This document shows, piece by piece, positions 1-9,135 of a stretch of 64,000 nucleotides of DNA. Position 1 is the stretch's first letter. Every line of letters begins with the position of its first letter. The notes under the pieces were generated by a model. It ran no database searches. It saw only the letters and a program-made list of their open reading frames with translations, and was not told where the DNA came from. The DNA is from Escherichia phage kaaroe, in the sequence record MN850574.1; one strand, given 5' to 3'. Position numbers and translations under genes: made by a program.

Positions 1-43
1 TACACACATCAAAACGAAACACACTTTCTTAAGGAGAATCAAA

Positions 44-322
44 ATGAGCAACCTGTCTTTCGCTAAAGTAGAAATTTCTAAAACTCGCGGTGGCTTTAAA
101 ATCAAAACTTCCAACATCACTTCCTGTCGTGGTTGCGTCCGGTTTGCGTTCGACTTGGCAGCGAAGCTGGGTATTAAAACCTTTACCGTTGAGAGCGGAT
201 CTACCTGGACCACTCTGATTGTTACTGCCGCTTGGATCAATGGCGAGTATGTAGAAAAAGCATACTTTGACATTTTCTATGACTACGAAGAAAAATGCTT
301 TTATGCACTGCAAGACATGTAA
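44..322 (+). CDS. hypothetical protein (92 aa)
   Basis: ORF with AAGGAG RBS 8 nt upstream of ATG; no recognisable homology. Confidence 0.5.
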   Translation: MSNLSFAKVEISKTRGGFKIKTSNITSCRGCVRFAFDLAAKLGIKTFTVESGSTWTTLIVTAAWINGEYVEKAYFDIFYDYEEKCFYALQDM

Positions 323-332
323 GGAGGACAAT

Positions 333-641
333 TTGACAACACAAGATATTGTTAATGTACTTTATATCTGGATTACTGGTGCAATGATCTCGTATCTAGT
401 ATTCTGCTTGTATGCCAGATTCGACAAGGACACCAAAGAGGTCGATACAGGAGCATTTTGTATTGCTGCAATCGTCTGGCCTATAACGTGGACCGTGGTT
501 GATATTGTTATGTGTTATAAGGGGCTGAAATGTTTTGGTTTGATGATTGCTGGTAAACCGGAAGCGAAGCCGCGCACGCATAAAGGATTCAGTCCAAAAC
601 CAGTCGATGACGGTCGATATAAACCGGAAGAAGATTTTTAA
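333..641 (+). CDS. hypothetical membrane protein, TTG start inferred
   Basis: AAGGAGG RBS at 322-328 then TTG at 333; hydrophobic helices (YIWITGAMISYLVFCLY, AAIVWPITWTVV). Confidence 0.4.
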   Translation: MTTQDIVNVLYIWITGAMISYLVFCLYARFDKDTKEVDTGAFCIAAIVWPITWTVVDIVMCYKGLKCFGLMIAGKPEAKPRTHKGFSPKPVDDGRYKPEEDF

Positions 642-648
642 AAAACTG

Positions 649-677
649 TTGACATGAAAATGCGGTTATCATATAAT
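649..677 (+). promoter_or_regulatory. sigma70-type early promoter inside a hairpin
   Basis: TTGACA 649-654, 17-nt spacer, TATAAT 672-677; stem ATGCGGT 660-666 pairs with ACCGCAT 679-685 so the -10 sits in the loop. Confidence 0.6.
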
Positions 678-711
678 GACCGCATCAAATGAACGATGTG
701 AGGATTATATT

Positions 712-1020
712 ATGTTTATCTCTTCTGCTACTCCAGTTAAAGTTTACGGCGAAACTGTGTATCTTCCGGCTGGCTATCGCTATGTTATCGTTGACCGTCA
801 CGGTGTAGTGTATGCTTTTAAAGGCCGTCCGGTTGAGATTGATTCTGAATACGGTACATGGGGATATAAAGCCGCATACATGGATATTCCTGATTTGGGA
901 GTACGTTTAGGAAGATTTGATAATGATGTTAAACCATGCTTGATTAAGTATGCATCCTATGGTAAAACTGTTAAACCAAATAGCGTCGGCTGGATTGATA
1001 ACGGCGTTAACGTGAAATAA
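712..1020 (+). CDS. hypothetical protein
   Basis: ATG 712 preceded by GAGGATTATATT leader; start refined from ORF 676..1020. Confidence 0.5.
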   Translation: MFISSATPVKVYGETVYLPAGYRYVIVDRHGVVYAFKGRPVEIDSEYGTWGYKAAYMDIPDLGVRLGRFDNDVKPCLIKYASYGKTVKPNSVGWIDNGVNVK

Positions 1021-1034
1021 TGTGAGGTGAATTT

Positions 1035-1328
1035 ATGCTGTCTACTAGTAAAATGGTTGTTGGTGTCGCTGAAAATGCTTTAGAAATCGCTGATGAGGCT
1101 TTGACCGTCGCTTATGTTCGACGTGAAGAATTGCTATTGAAACACGCGGATCTATTGGTTGAACGGAAAGAGACTATGAAAGCTGGTAAAAGCACGCTCG
1201 CTATTGCCATTAAACTATCTGATAGTGAAGATGAGATCGTGGAGATCCACACTAAGATCAAGGAAGTAGAAAAATACTCTGAAATGCTGCGACATAATCT
1301 TGATGAATTAGGGGTAAATCATGGCTAA
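1035..1328 (+). CDS. hypothetical protein
   Basis: ORF with GAGGTG RBS. Confidence 0.5.
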   Translation: MLSTSKMVVGVAENALEIADEALTVAYVRREELLLKHADLLVERKETMKAGKSTLAIAIKLSDSEDEIVEIHTKIKEVEKYSEMLRHNLDELGVNHG

Positions 1329-1542
1329 GTTACGATCTGGACGAGTTTTAACGCTGGCTGAACTGAAAGAAAAAGGTTTAGACCCTGATTCTGTAGGTAT
1401 TAGACCTATTAATTACATTCTGTTTCTAGAGGGTAAACTCTTTACTAATGCTCATCCAGCATTAAATGCACCACATTTTTATAAGTGTAATGACTTTAAC
1501 GGTTATATCGTTCCAGAATATTTCTTAGAATTTGATGATTAG
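1321..1542 (+). CDS. hypothetical protein
   Basis: ORF with start overlapping upstream stop. Confidence 0.45.
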   Translation: MAKLRSGRVLTLAELKEKGLDPDSVGIRPINYILFLEGKLFTNAHPALNAPHFYKCNDFNGYIVPEYFLEFDD

Positions 1543-1828
1543 TATAAAACACTCACCGACCGGAAAGGGGTCGGTGATCTTCAATGATGATAAACCGTTA
1601 ATCTTAATTCGAAATGGTGACTGGACATTACATGATACCCGTGTTACTATCCATTCACCGCCTAAAGAGATTCAACGGGAATTGGTTAGGATCGCCCTAA
1701 CCGATAAGCATAAAGAGGCGGTAGGCTATTCTCTTTTGAAGTTGGGTGTTGACTTTCCTTTCGAGTATACGCTAACATTCAGAGAGCAGTCAGTGAAGCT
1801 AACAGAGATTCTATTCTCTGAGATATGA
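1535..1828 (+). CDS. hypothetical protein, start uncertain
   Basis: ORF; a strong hairpin at 1553-1577 lies inside the 5' end, so the true start may be GTG 1574. Confidence 0.35.
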   Translation: MISIKHSPTGKGSVIFNDDKPLILIRNGDWTLHDTRVTIHSPPKEIQRELVRIALTDKHKEAVGYSLLKLGVDFPFEYTLTFREQSVKLTEILFSEI

Positions 1829-1838
1829 GGATTATATA

Positions 1839-2270
1839 ATGGTTTATCCAACCCCTAGTAAGATTTACATTGACGATACTCATTTTCTTGTTGAAATTAT
1901 GGGTATCAAGTTTAGTGGTAATGTTAAAATTGTAGAATGGGAATTGCACGGTCAATCTGTAACCGATTATGACCATTATATCCCTTTCGGTGGCGATGAT
2001 AACTTTGTTTCATTCGACCATGAAGGTTACATGAACTTTGAGCAAGACGATGTACCTTTGTATCTGGCAATGATGGATATTCCTACTAAAACAGAATATA
2101 CAGAGGGTGATTGCGATTGTTGCGGATACTACAGCGTAACAGATATTAAGCTGCTATCCGGTAAAGAACTTTACAAAGAGGATCATTTCGGAAACTGCAA
2201 TTTTCCGTGTGATTGGCAAGAATTTTTCGAACTGGTAGAGATTGAGCGAACTTATGTGAGGAAGGGATAA
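1839..2270 (+). CDS. hypothetical Cys-rich protein
   Basis: ORF with GAGGATTATATAATG start context; CDCCGYY and CNFPCDW motifs. Confidence 0.5.
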   Translation: MVYPTPSKIYIDDTHFLVEIMGIKFSGNVKIVEWELHGQSVTDYDHYIPFGGDDNFVSFDHEGYMNFEQDDVPLYLAMMDIPTKTEYTEGDCDCCGYYSVTDIKLLSGKELYKEDHFGNCNFPCDWQEFFELVEIERTYVRKG

Positions 2271-3082
2271 TGAAGAAAGCATTAGGTTTAATTCCCTATA
2301 CTGGCAATAAGGAAAAGTTATTGCCGGGTGTTAGTAAGTATTTCCCTAAGCACTATAACCGCTTTGTTGATGCCTTTTGTGGCGGCTTGAGCGTGTCTCT
2401 GTACGTAGAAGGGGATGTGCTGGCTAATGACTATGATCACCGCTTAATTGAAGCGTACAAAGCGATTGACGAGTGTCCTGATCCGGTTTCTACGATCAAG
2501 CGGATTATTGCCGAGAATGATTTGTCTCGTGATGATAAAGATGCTTACATGGCATTCCGTAAGAAGTATAATGAGAATCCAGATCCGCTATCTCTGTTTG
2601 TTCTGATTCAGCACAGTTTTAGCAACATTAACCGTCATAACAGGAAGGGCGAATTTAATGCTAATTTTGGTCGCCGGACTTTTAACGAAAACGCGGTAGA
2701 GCGTGTCCTGAATTTTAAGGAAGAAAACAAAGACGGTCGAATCAGTTTTACGTCTGGTCGTTATGACGAGATCGAGATCTTGCCAGGTGATTTCGTTTAT
2801 TTGGACCCGCCGTACCTTATCACTTCTGCGGAATATAATAAGTTCTGGAGTGACGAGGAAGAGATTAAATTCTATCAGTGGGTAGAATCTATTATGGCGC
2901 GTGGTTTTCAGTTTGGTATAAGTAATGTCACGCATCATAAGGGAAAGGCAAATGATCATCTTCTTGACTTTATCAAGCGGAATGATTTAAACTGCGTCTT
3001 GTTGAATAAGACCTATTGCCTAGATCGTTCAGGTGGCAAGTCTTCTGATACGCAAGAAGTTTATGTAACTAACGTAGATTGA
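2270..3082 (+). CDS. dam: DNA adenine methyltransferase Dam
   Basis: N-terminal YTGNKxKLLP..FVDxFCGGLSVSL and DPPY motif; colinear with recalled T4 Dam. Confidence 0.85.
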   Translation: MKKALGLIPYTGNKEKLLPGVSKYFPKHYNRFVDAFCGGLSVSLYVEGDVLANDYDHRLIEAYKAIDECPDPVSTIKRIIAENDLSRDDKDAYMAFRKKYNENPDPLSLFVLIQHSFSNINRHNRKGEFNANFGRRTFNENAVERVLNFKEENKDGRISFTSGRYDEIEILPGDFVYLDPPYLITSAEYNKFWSDEEEIKFYQWVESIMARGFQFGISNVTHHKGKANDHLLDFIKRNDLNCVLLNKTYCLDRSGGKSSDTQEVYVTNVD

Positions 3083-3090
3083 GGTATAAC

Positions 3091-3372
3091 ATGGTAGAAA
3101 TTTTTGGTTTTGAAGGTTACAACTGTAAGTATTGCCAGAATGCAAAGCGCCTTTGTGAAGCGCGTAAGATCCCTTACATCTACATTCCGGTTAATGATGG
3201 TGTGGACGAAAACGGTCGCCCGGTAAAGATTGATTCTATCATTGCCGATATTCAGGATCGCGCAGGGGTAGAAGTTATTGCCACCATGCCGCAGATTTTC
3301 TATGATGGTGATTATATCGGTGGCTTTGATGAGTTCCGATCCTTTGTAGTCAAAAACAAGATTAATGGTTAA
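3091..3372 (+). CDS. nrdC: thioredoxin/glutaredoxin-like protein NrdC
   Basis: CKYC redox motif, MPQIFYDGDYIGGFDEF tail similar to recalled T4 NrdC; ATG 3091 after GAGG. Confidence 0.7.
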   Translation: MVEIFGFEGYNCKYCQNAKRLCEARKIPYIYIPVNDGVDENGRPVKIDSIIADIQDRAGVEVIATMPQIFYDGDYIGGFDEFRSFVVKNKING

Positions 3373-3396
3373 ATACCTTCTTTGGAGGGTGAATTT

Positions 3397-3870
3397 ATGT
3401 TACTGACTGCTAAGAGTGCTAAAGAGTACAAACAAGAACTATTCGAAAAACAGGGGGGCATTTGCCCCCTTTGTCAATTGCCACTTTTTGAGGATATGAG
3501 CAAAAACCATCTTGACCACGACCACGATCTAGATGGGAAAGGGCAAGGCCGCGTAAGGGGATTGCTTCATTCGTGTTGCAACCGCCTAGAAGGATCGTTG
3601 ACCGGAGACTTTAAACGGTTTGGTGTTGGTGCTTTAGGTGCTGATTTCGTTGTTTGGGCTACAAACTATGTTAATTACATCAAAGGAGACTACACCAACA
3701 ATCATTTACATCCTCAATATGCTGTTGATAAAGTAAAACGATTTTCACGCTTGACACGCGCGGAGATGGTTGATATTATGGACGCAGAAGGTTTCGATTA
3801 CTGCGACGCTGATACAAGAGAAGAGATCACGAAGAAGTATAAGAAACAATTTATACAAAGATTAAGATAG
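3397..3870 (+). CDS. 49: endonuclease VII (Holliday junction resolvase) gp49
   Basis: MLLTAK..CPLCQ..HLDHDH..RGLLHSCCN matches recalled T4 gp49 zinc-binding/H-N-H region. Confidence 0.85.
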   Translation: MLLTAKSAKEYKQELFEKQGGICPLCQLPLFEDMSKNHLDHDHDLDGKGQGRVRGLLHSCCNRLEGSLTGDFKRFGVGALGADFVVWATNYVNYIKGDYTNNHLHPQYAVDKVKRFSRLTRAEMVDIMDAEGFDYCDADTREEITKKYKKQFIQRLR

Positions 3871-3873
3871 TAG

Positions 3874-3908
3874 TTGACAATAAGAAATGGGAGTAGTAAA
3901 ATACTCCC
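3874..3908 (+). promoter_or_regulatory. early promoter with GGGAGTA/TACTCCC hairpin (PeSL-like)
   Basis: TTGACA 3874-3879, 17-nt spacer, TAAAAT 3897-3902; arms GGGAGTAG 3889-3896 and TACTCCC 3902-3908. Confidence 0.6.
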
Positions 3909-3933
3909 ATCTAATCAAGAAGGAGAATCAACA

Positions 3934-4206
3934 ATGCGTAAGATGTTTAAATCCGGTGTTGCCTATGTTTTTAAATCTGAGCAAGCACATAAAGACTTCT
4001 TAGATGATGAATACGAGGGGGTGAAAGATACCTACGAAGTCATCAAGAATGGGTTTACTGTTCTTAAAGTGTCACCTGTTGGTTATGTAAGTGAAATCTC
4101 GGTTGATGGGAAAACATACACCGCTAAAGACTTTGATCCGCGTTGGGAATTTATGCTGCTTCCGTGTGAGCGCATTCTGTTCCGTGCTGTTCAATTAGTG
4201 AAATGA
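3934..4206 (+). CDS. hypothetical protein, paralog family A member 1
   Basis: AAGGAG RBS; GF(T/K)VLKV..G.V..I.VDG..YT..DF module shared with next two genes. Confidence 0.5.
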   Translation: MRKMFKSGVAYVFKSEQAHKDFLDDEYEGVKDTYEVIKNGFTVLKVSPVGYVSEISVDGKTYTAKDFDPRWEFMLLPCERILFRAVQLVK

Positions 4207-4220
4207 TAGAGGATTATATT

Positions 4221-4787
4221 ATGGTACAGAAAACGTATAAATTGTATCCGGCTAAGTCTTCAAATGATGCTGTTTTTGAACGAGGTCGTTATTACACTTT
4301 CCGTAATGCTGAGTCCGCAGAGGAATTTGTTAAACGCTACCCACAACATAACAAGTTCCTGTATGGTGTGCTTCACAGGGGCTTTAAAGTTCTTACGGTT
4401 AATGTTATGGGTAAAGTGTATTTGGTAGAAACTCATGATTATGAGGGTGCATCAATCATGATTGATGCAAGCGAGCGCAAATACTTTAAACGCATCACTA
4501 AAAAGCAGTTTGAAGAAATGAAACCAGTTAAGAAAGAAGAATCTCTGGAAGATCTGATTAACTTGTTTGGTAAAGTTCGCTCTATCTCCTTTGCGATTGA
4601 AGATGACATTACCGACAATAAAATCTTTATCAAGAACGCGGAAGACCTGAAAGAGTTCCTTATTGAAAATAGATCTCGGCTGGAAACCTTTCTTGAAAGT
4701 GAAATTATTCGACATGATACCTACGCTAAATTCAGCGCCGATAAAGTAGCTGAACTGAAAGAGATCCAAAAGTCATTTAACGCTTGA
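4221..4787 (+). CDS. hypothetical protein, paralog family A member 2
   Basis: Shares GFKVLTV and ERKYFKRITKKQFEEM modules with 4844..6022. Confidence 0.55.
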   Translation: MVQKTYKLYPAKSSNDAVFERGRYYTFRNAESAEEFVKRYPQHNKFLYGVLHRGFKVLTVNVMGKVYLVETHDYEGASIMIDASERKYFKRITKKQFEEMKPVKKEESLEDLINLFGKVRSISFAIEDDITDNKIFIKNAEDLKEFLIENRSRLETFLESEIIRHDTYAKFSADKVAELKEIQKSFNA

Positions 4788-4818
4788 CATGATGAAACGG
4801 GAGTAGTAAGATACTCCC
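4784..4818 (+). promoter_or_regulatory. early promoter with GGGAGTA/TACTCCC hairpin (PeSL-like)
   Basis: TTGACA 4784-4789, 17-nt spacer, TAAGAT 4807-4812, arms GGGAGTAG/TACTCCC. Confidence 0.6.
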
Positions 4819-4843
4819 ATCTAAACAACGAGAGGATTATATT

Positions 4844-6022
4844 ATGGCTAAATTCTTTGAAGGTCATTACTATGCATTCCGTGAAGGCGGTAAAGATGAG
4901 TTTCTAGACTTTTCTCGCTATTCAATTATTCTGACCGATGCTTCGCGCCGTGGTCATATTCGGGTTGCTGAAATCGTAGAAAAGGGCTTTAAAGTATTAG
5001 AAAAAGATGACCACGGTCATGTTATTACTATTGAAGCTGGAGATGTAGTTTATTCCGCTGAGGATATCGTTTATTATTGGTCTACTATGATTATGCACAA
5101 TGAGCGCAAATACTTTAAACGTATCTCAAAAGAGGCATACGAAGCGATGAACAAGAAAGAGGATGCAATGCCGACTTACTTTGAAAAAGGTAAATGTTAT
5201 TCGTTTACCCCAGAAGGTTTGCAAGAATTTAAGCGATTCTGGGGAGAGCATGACCCAGAGCACAAAGAAGCCATGAAACTTGTTGATTTTGTCGAATATG
5301 GCTTTTTAGTTGAAGAAGAATTGCACGGATCAGCTACCATGATCACCGCGAAAGGTGAAACCGTCAAGGCGGACCGTTTTTGTGATCAATGGAATTGCTT
5401 GTTTGACGGTAGCGAATTTGAATACTTCGCGGAAATCACGAAACAACAATTTCATTCTATGCAAGCGGATGGTCAGAGATTTAAAGTAGGTGAACGCTAC
5501 AAACCAAATCAGCATAATTTGCCATATTGGTTTACCGCTGAAACTGTATCAAGTCATGTTGTTGAAATTGTTCAAAAGCTGGGACAAGGATTTAAGGTAA
5601 CTAAAGTAGATGATTATGGAAGTGTTGACGCGGTTGAAATTGATGGTGTAGAATATACACCGAAATCTTTCGGTCTTTGCTGGTATCACTTGATCAGCAA
5701 TGATGAACGTTATAACTTTGTTGAACTGCCATCTGAACCGGAAGAAGCACTAGAAGATCATGATCATCTGTCTGAACTGGTTAAGCTGTTTGGTGATCTG
5801 CCGGATGGTGTAGGCGTGGCGGTAATGGGTGAAGGTGCTGTTATCCGAAACCTGAAAGACTTTAAAAAGTTCTTGATTGACATGCTGCCTAAACTTGATG
5901 ATAATCTAGATACAGATATTCAGAATCGCAAAGAAATTGTTAAAGAGACTGAAAAAGAGATCGAAGAGATTCGAGCAATTCGCCAGAAGGTGAAAGCAGT
6001 AAAGAAAAAAGTTAGTGCTTGA
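4844..6022 (+). CDS. hypothetical protein, paralog family A member 3 (internally repeated)
   Basis: Contains GFKVLEK, GFKVTKV, ERKYFKRISKEAYEAM and EFEYFAEITKQQFHSM repeats of the family A module. Confidence 0.6.
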   Translation: MAKFFEGHYYAFREGGKDEFLDFSRYSIILTDASRRGHIRVAEIVEKGFKVLEKDDHGHVITIEAGDVVYSAEDIVYYWSTMIMHNERKYFKRISKEAYEAMNKKEDAMPTYFEKGKCYSFTPEGLQEFKRFWGEHDPEHKEAMKLVDFVEYGFLVEEELHGSATMITAKGETVKADRFCDQWNCLFDGSEFEYFAEITKQQFHSMQADGQRFKVGERYKPNQHNLPYWFTAETVSSHVVEIVQKLGQGFKVTKVDDYGSVDAVEIDGVEYTPKSFGLCWYHLISNDERYNFVELPSEPEEALEDHDHLSELVKLFGDLPDGVGVAVMGEGAVIRNLKDFKKFLIDMLPKLDDNLDTDIQNRKEIVKETEKEIEEIRAIRQKVKAVKKKVSA

Positions 6023-6053
6023 CATGCGAAGGGAGTATGCTATAATACTCCCA
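6019..6053 (+). promoter_or_regulatory. early promoter with GGGAGTA/TACTCCC hairpin (PeSL-like)
   Basis: TTGACA 6019-6024, TATAAT 6041-6046, arms GGGAGTA 6031-6037 and TACTCCC 6047-6053. Confidence 0.6.
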
Positions 6054-6076
6054 CTTAACAACGAGAGGATTATATT

Positions 6077-6571
6077 ATGTGGGTACAAGATGTTTGGTAT
6101 ACTGTAACTAAAGAAAACCTTGACGCATTCAGCGACCAATCTTGCGCTAATAGCTCAATTGCTGGTATACTTACTGATGTGTTTGGTGGTGTAGATAAAA
6201 TTCGTTTTAAAGTTGTTGTTAGTTCGCTGGGTCAGGTGAAAGATCTTTACACCGAAGATAAAGACCTTGATCTTGAACTTCGTCTTCGTATTGATAATGC
6301 AAGTCTAGGTTATTGGTTTGAAGATAACGAATATGAATACTTCACGCCAGCAATTAAAGTTTTTGCGACTAAACTGGAAGCTGTACTGAATCTCCGACCA
6401 ATTAATGTTGACGGATACATTATCAAAAATATTCAGGATTGGGAGTTGTATCTAGATCAGGTTATCCGAAATAGTAAGCAGGAAGCCGCTAATAAGAAGC
6501 GACAAGAGATTAAACAGCTTAAAGCTGAACTAGAAGCTAAAGAAAAAGAATTAGCAGAACTGGTAAAATAA
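6077..6571 (+). CDS. hypothetical protein with C-terminal coiled coil
   Basis: GAGAGGATTATATTATG start context; C-terminal heptad-like KQLKAELEAKEKELAELVK. Confidence 0.5.
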   Translation: MWVQDVWYTVTKENLDAFSDQSCANSSIAGILTDVFGGVDKIRFKVVVSSLGQVKDLYTEDKDLDLELRLRIDNASLGYWFEDNEYEYFTPAIKVFATKLEAVLNLRPINVDGYIIKNIQDWELYLDQVIRNSKQEAANKKRQEIKQLKAELEAKEKELAELVK

Positions 6572-6581
6572 CTATCAACGA

Positions 6582-6603
6582 GCGGGAGAAATCCCGCTTT
6601 TTC
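6582..6603 (+). terminator. intrinsic terminator
   Basis: GCGGGAgaaaTCCCGC followed by TTTTTC. Confidence 0.6.
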
Positions 6604-6615
6604 ATAGGTGATACA

Positions 6616-8478
6616 ATGGAAAAACTAATCAAAGACATTACAGAGATCGCAACGGGTAAAGAAAACGAAGTAAGCAAAGAGAACGCGAACAAAGACGCGC
6701 GAACATTCCCGACACGTCGAGATCTGATTGCTGGTGCTGTGTCTAAACAGATTGCTAAAACCGTGTTACCTGAGCACATCTATAAAGCGCATGTAGACGG
6801 TGACATTCATTATCATGATATGGATTATGCACCCGCTATGCCGTTTACTAACTGCTGTCTTGTTAATCTCAAAGACATGTTAGAGAATGGTTTTAAATTG
6901 GGTAGCGCACAAATCGAAAGTCCGAAATCAATCGGCGTTGCTTGTGCTGTAACCGCTCAAATTATCGCACAGGTGGCAAGTCATCAATATGGCGGGACCA
7001 CAATCGCAAACATCGATCAGGTGTTAGCACCGTATGTTGAGAAAACATATCATAAACACCTTGCTGATGCCGAAACCTACGGAATCAAAGCTGATACTCT
7101 CTATGCACAAGAGAAGACAGAAAAAGAAACTTTAGACGGGTATCAAGCGTTGGAATATGAAATCAACACTTTGTTCTCCACCAACGGTCAAACGCCTTTT
7201 GTGACTTTAACCTTTGGTATGGGTACTAGCTGGGAAGAAAAACTGATTCAGAAAGCGATCCTGAACGTTCGAACTAAAGGTTTAGGTAAAGATGGTATCA
7301 CTCCGGTGTTTCCTAAGCTGGTGATGTTCTTAGAAGAAGGATTAAACCTTAAACCGGAAGATCCGAACTACGACATTAAGCAACTTGCATTGGAATGTTC
7401 TAGTAAGCGTCTTTACCCTGATTATATCTCTGCGAAGAATAACCGTAGTATCACCGGATCTAGTGTTCCGGTTAGCCCGATGGGTTGTCGTAGCTTCCTG
7501 GGTGTGTGGCATAATGAGAAAGGCGAAGAAGTATTAGACGGACGTAATAACTTGGGTGTTGTGACCCTGAATCTTCCGCGTATTGCCCTTATTGCCGCGC
7601 GTCGTGCTGGTAAAGCGTCTGTAATGCGCAGAATTGAGCTATTCGAACAAGAGCTAGCCAATCGTATGCCTATTTGCTTTGATGCGCTCATGAGTCGCGT
7701 AGACGCTTTAAAAGGGGCTAAAGCCAATGTTGCTCCGGTGCTGTATACCGAAGGTGCGTTTTTCCGTATTCATCAAAACGATGAAATTTTGGAAGTGTTG
7801 AAAGATGGTCGCGCTAGTATCTCTCTTGGATATATTGGTTTACATGAGGTATTGAGCGTCCTGTTTGGTGTTCATCCGTTTGATTCGGAAGATGCGCAGC
7901 GATACGGTAAACATATTCTTAAGATCTTGCGTCATTATACTGAAAAATGGAAGGACGAAACCGGACTTGGGTTTAGTCTTTACGGTACTCCAGCCGAGAG
8001 CCTTTGCTATCGATTTAATCGACTGGACCGAGAGCAATTTGGTATTGTTAAGGGTGCTACCGATAAAGACTGGTACACCAACTCATTCCACCTTGACGTA
8101 GACCGGAAAGTCACTCCATTTGAGAAAATTGACTTTGAGAAAGATTATCACTGGCTGGCGTCCGGTGGCATGATCTCTTATGTTGAGTTCCCAGACATGA
8201 AAAACAACCTGAAAGGTCTTGAAACTGTAGTAGACTATGCAATGGATAAATTGCACTACTTCGGTGTTAATACTCCTTCTGATGTATGTCATGTATGCGG
8301 ATCTACTAAGGAAATGAGAGCGACCGAGTCTGGTTTTGTTTGTCCTGATTGCGGTAATGACAATCTGGACAAGATGAATGTTATCCGTCGCGTTAGTGGA
8401 TATCTTGGATCTGTTGATCTGCGTCCATTCAACCACGGGAAACACTCCGAGATGGTAAACCGCGTTAAGCACATGTAA
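6616..8478 (+). CDS. nrdD: anaerobic ribonucleoside-triphosphate reductase NrdD, uninterrupted
   Basis: Near full-length colinearity with recalled T4 NrdD (NANKDARTFPTRRDL..., C-terminal CHVCGST...CPDCG, glycyl-radical region). Confidence 0.95.
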   Translation: MEKLIKDITEIATGKENEVSKENANKDARTFPTRRDLIAGAVSKQIAKTVLPEHIYKAHVDGDIHYHDMDYAPAMPFTNCCLVNLKDMLENGFKLGSAQIESPKSIGVACAVTAQIIAQVASHQYGGTTIANIDQVLAPYVEKTYHKHLADAETYGIKADTLYAQEKTEKETLDGYQALEYEINTLFSTNGQTPFVTLTFGMGTSWEEKLIQKAILNVRTKGLGKDGITPVFPKLVMFLEEGLNLKPEDPNYDIKQLALECSSKRLYPDYISAKNNRSITGSSVPVSPMGCRSFLGVWHNEKGEEVLDGRNNLGVVTLNLPRIALIAARRAGKASVMRRIELFEQELANRMPICFDALMSRVDALKGAKANVAPVLYTEGAFFRIHQNDEILEVLKDGRASISLGYIGLHEVLSVLFGVHPFDSEDAQRYGKHILKILRHYTEKWKDETGLGFSLYGTPAESLCYRFNRLDREQFGIVKGATDKDWYTNSFHLDVDRKVTPFEKIDFEKDYHWLASGGMISYVEFPDMKNNLKGLETVVDYAMDKLHYFGVNTPSDVCHVCGSTKEMRATESGFVCPDCGNDNLDKMNVIRRVSGYLGSVDLRPFNHGKHSEMVNRVKHM

Positions 8479-8483
8479 ATTTC

Positions 8484-8512
8484 AGCCGATCCGAAAGGGT
8501 CGGCTTTTTCGT
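8484..8512 (+). terminator. intrinsic terminator
   Basis: AGCCGATCCgaaaGGGTCGGCT then TTTTTCGTTTT. Confidence 0.65.
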
Positions 8513-8521
8513 TTTGGGGTG

Positions 8522-8549
8522 TTGACAACATGATTAGCTAATGTATAAT
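8522..8549 (+). promoter_or_regulatory. sigma70-type early promoter
   Basis: TTGACA 8522-8527, 16-nt spacer, TATAAT 8544-8549. Confidence 0.55.
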
Positions 8550-8578
8550 GCTCACATCGAAAACAACGAGAGGACAAC

Positions 8579-9118
8579 ATGATGATGTTTTGTGTACTGA
8601 ACAAAGAAGTTAAACTTCGTAAACTGGAAATTGGCGATGGTGTTGTTGTTAAAATGCACGCTAGCACATTGACTAGTTTTAATTTAAAGGAAAGTTTTTT
8701 TATTAGAGGAACGGTGGTTAATATCTGCTGGAGTAAAGGCGAAGGAATCCGTAGCTTTTGCGTAATTGACGATGATAATAACCTGTATGTGATTCGCTAT
8801 CATAATAATTCTGTATTGGTCTATACCGACAATTCACGAGAATTGTATACTCTTGAATTTGTTAAGCGTACTGATTGCGATCGATTTGTTCGTGCTTATG
8901 AAGAAGATGGCTGTTTTGCGACTGAAACAGAAACAAATGAATATGTTCCTATGGAAGTAGGAGCAGAAATTAAACACAAGATCACGGATCGTATTTTTAA
9001 GGTTGTTGCGGTTGCTCATACTCAATTTGTAGCGCAAGCGCCGGATGAAGAATTTATTATCTACAATATTGGTAATGCAAGTTCTCATTTTCATAATGTA
9101 CTATATCGCGACCTTTGA
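8579..9118 (+). CDS. hypothetical protein
   Basis: ORF downstream of promoter with GAGAGG RBS. Confidence 0.5.
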   Translation: MMMFCVLNKEVKLRKLEIGDGVVVKMHASTLTSFNLKESFFIRGTVVNICWSKGEGIRSFCVIDDDNNLYVIRYHNNSVLVYTDNSRELYTLEFVKRTDCDRFVRAYEEDGCFATETETNEYVPMEVGAEIKHKITDRIFKVVAVAHTQFVAQAPDEEFIIYNIGNASSHFHNVLYRDL

Positions 9119-9135
9119 TAATGTGTGAGGTGAAT

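Noticed and set aside
2588-2959. 123-aa reverse-strand ORF
   Set aside because: Antisense to dam; spurious.
6616-8478. Possible group I intron or homing endonuclease in nrdD (as in T4)
   Set aside because: The ORF is continuous at 620 aa and colinear with the spliced T4 protein; no GIY-YIG or H-N-H ORF is embedded.
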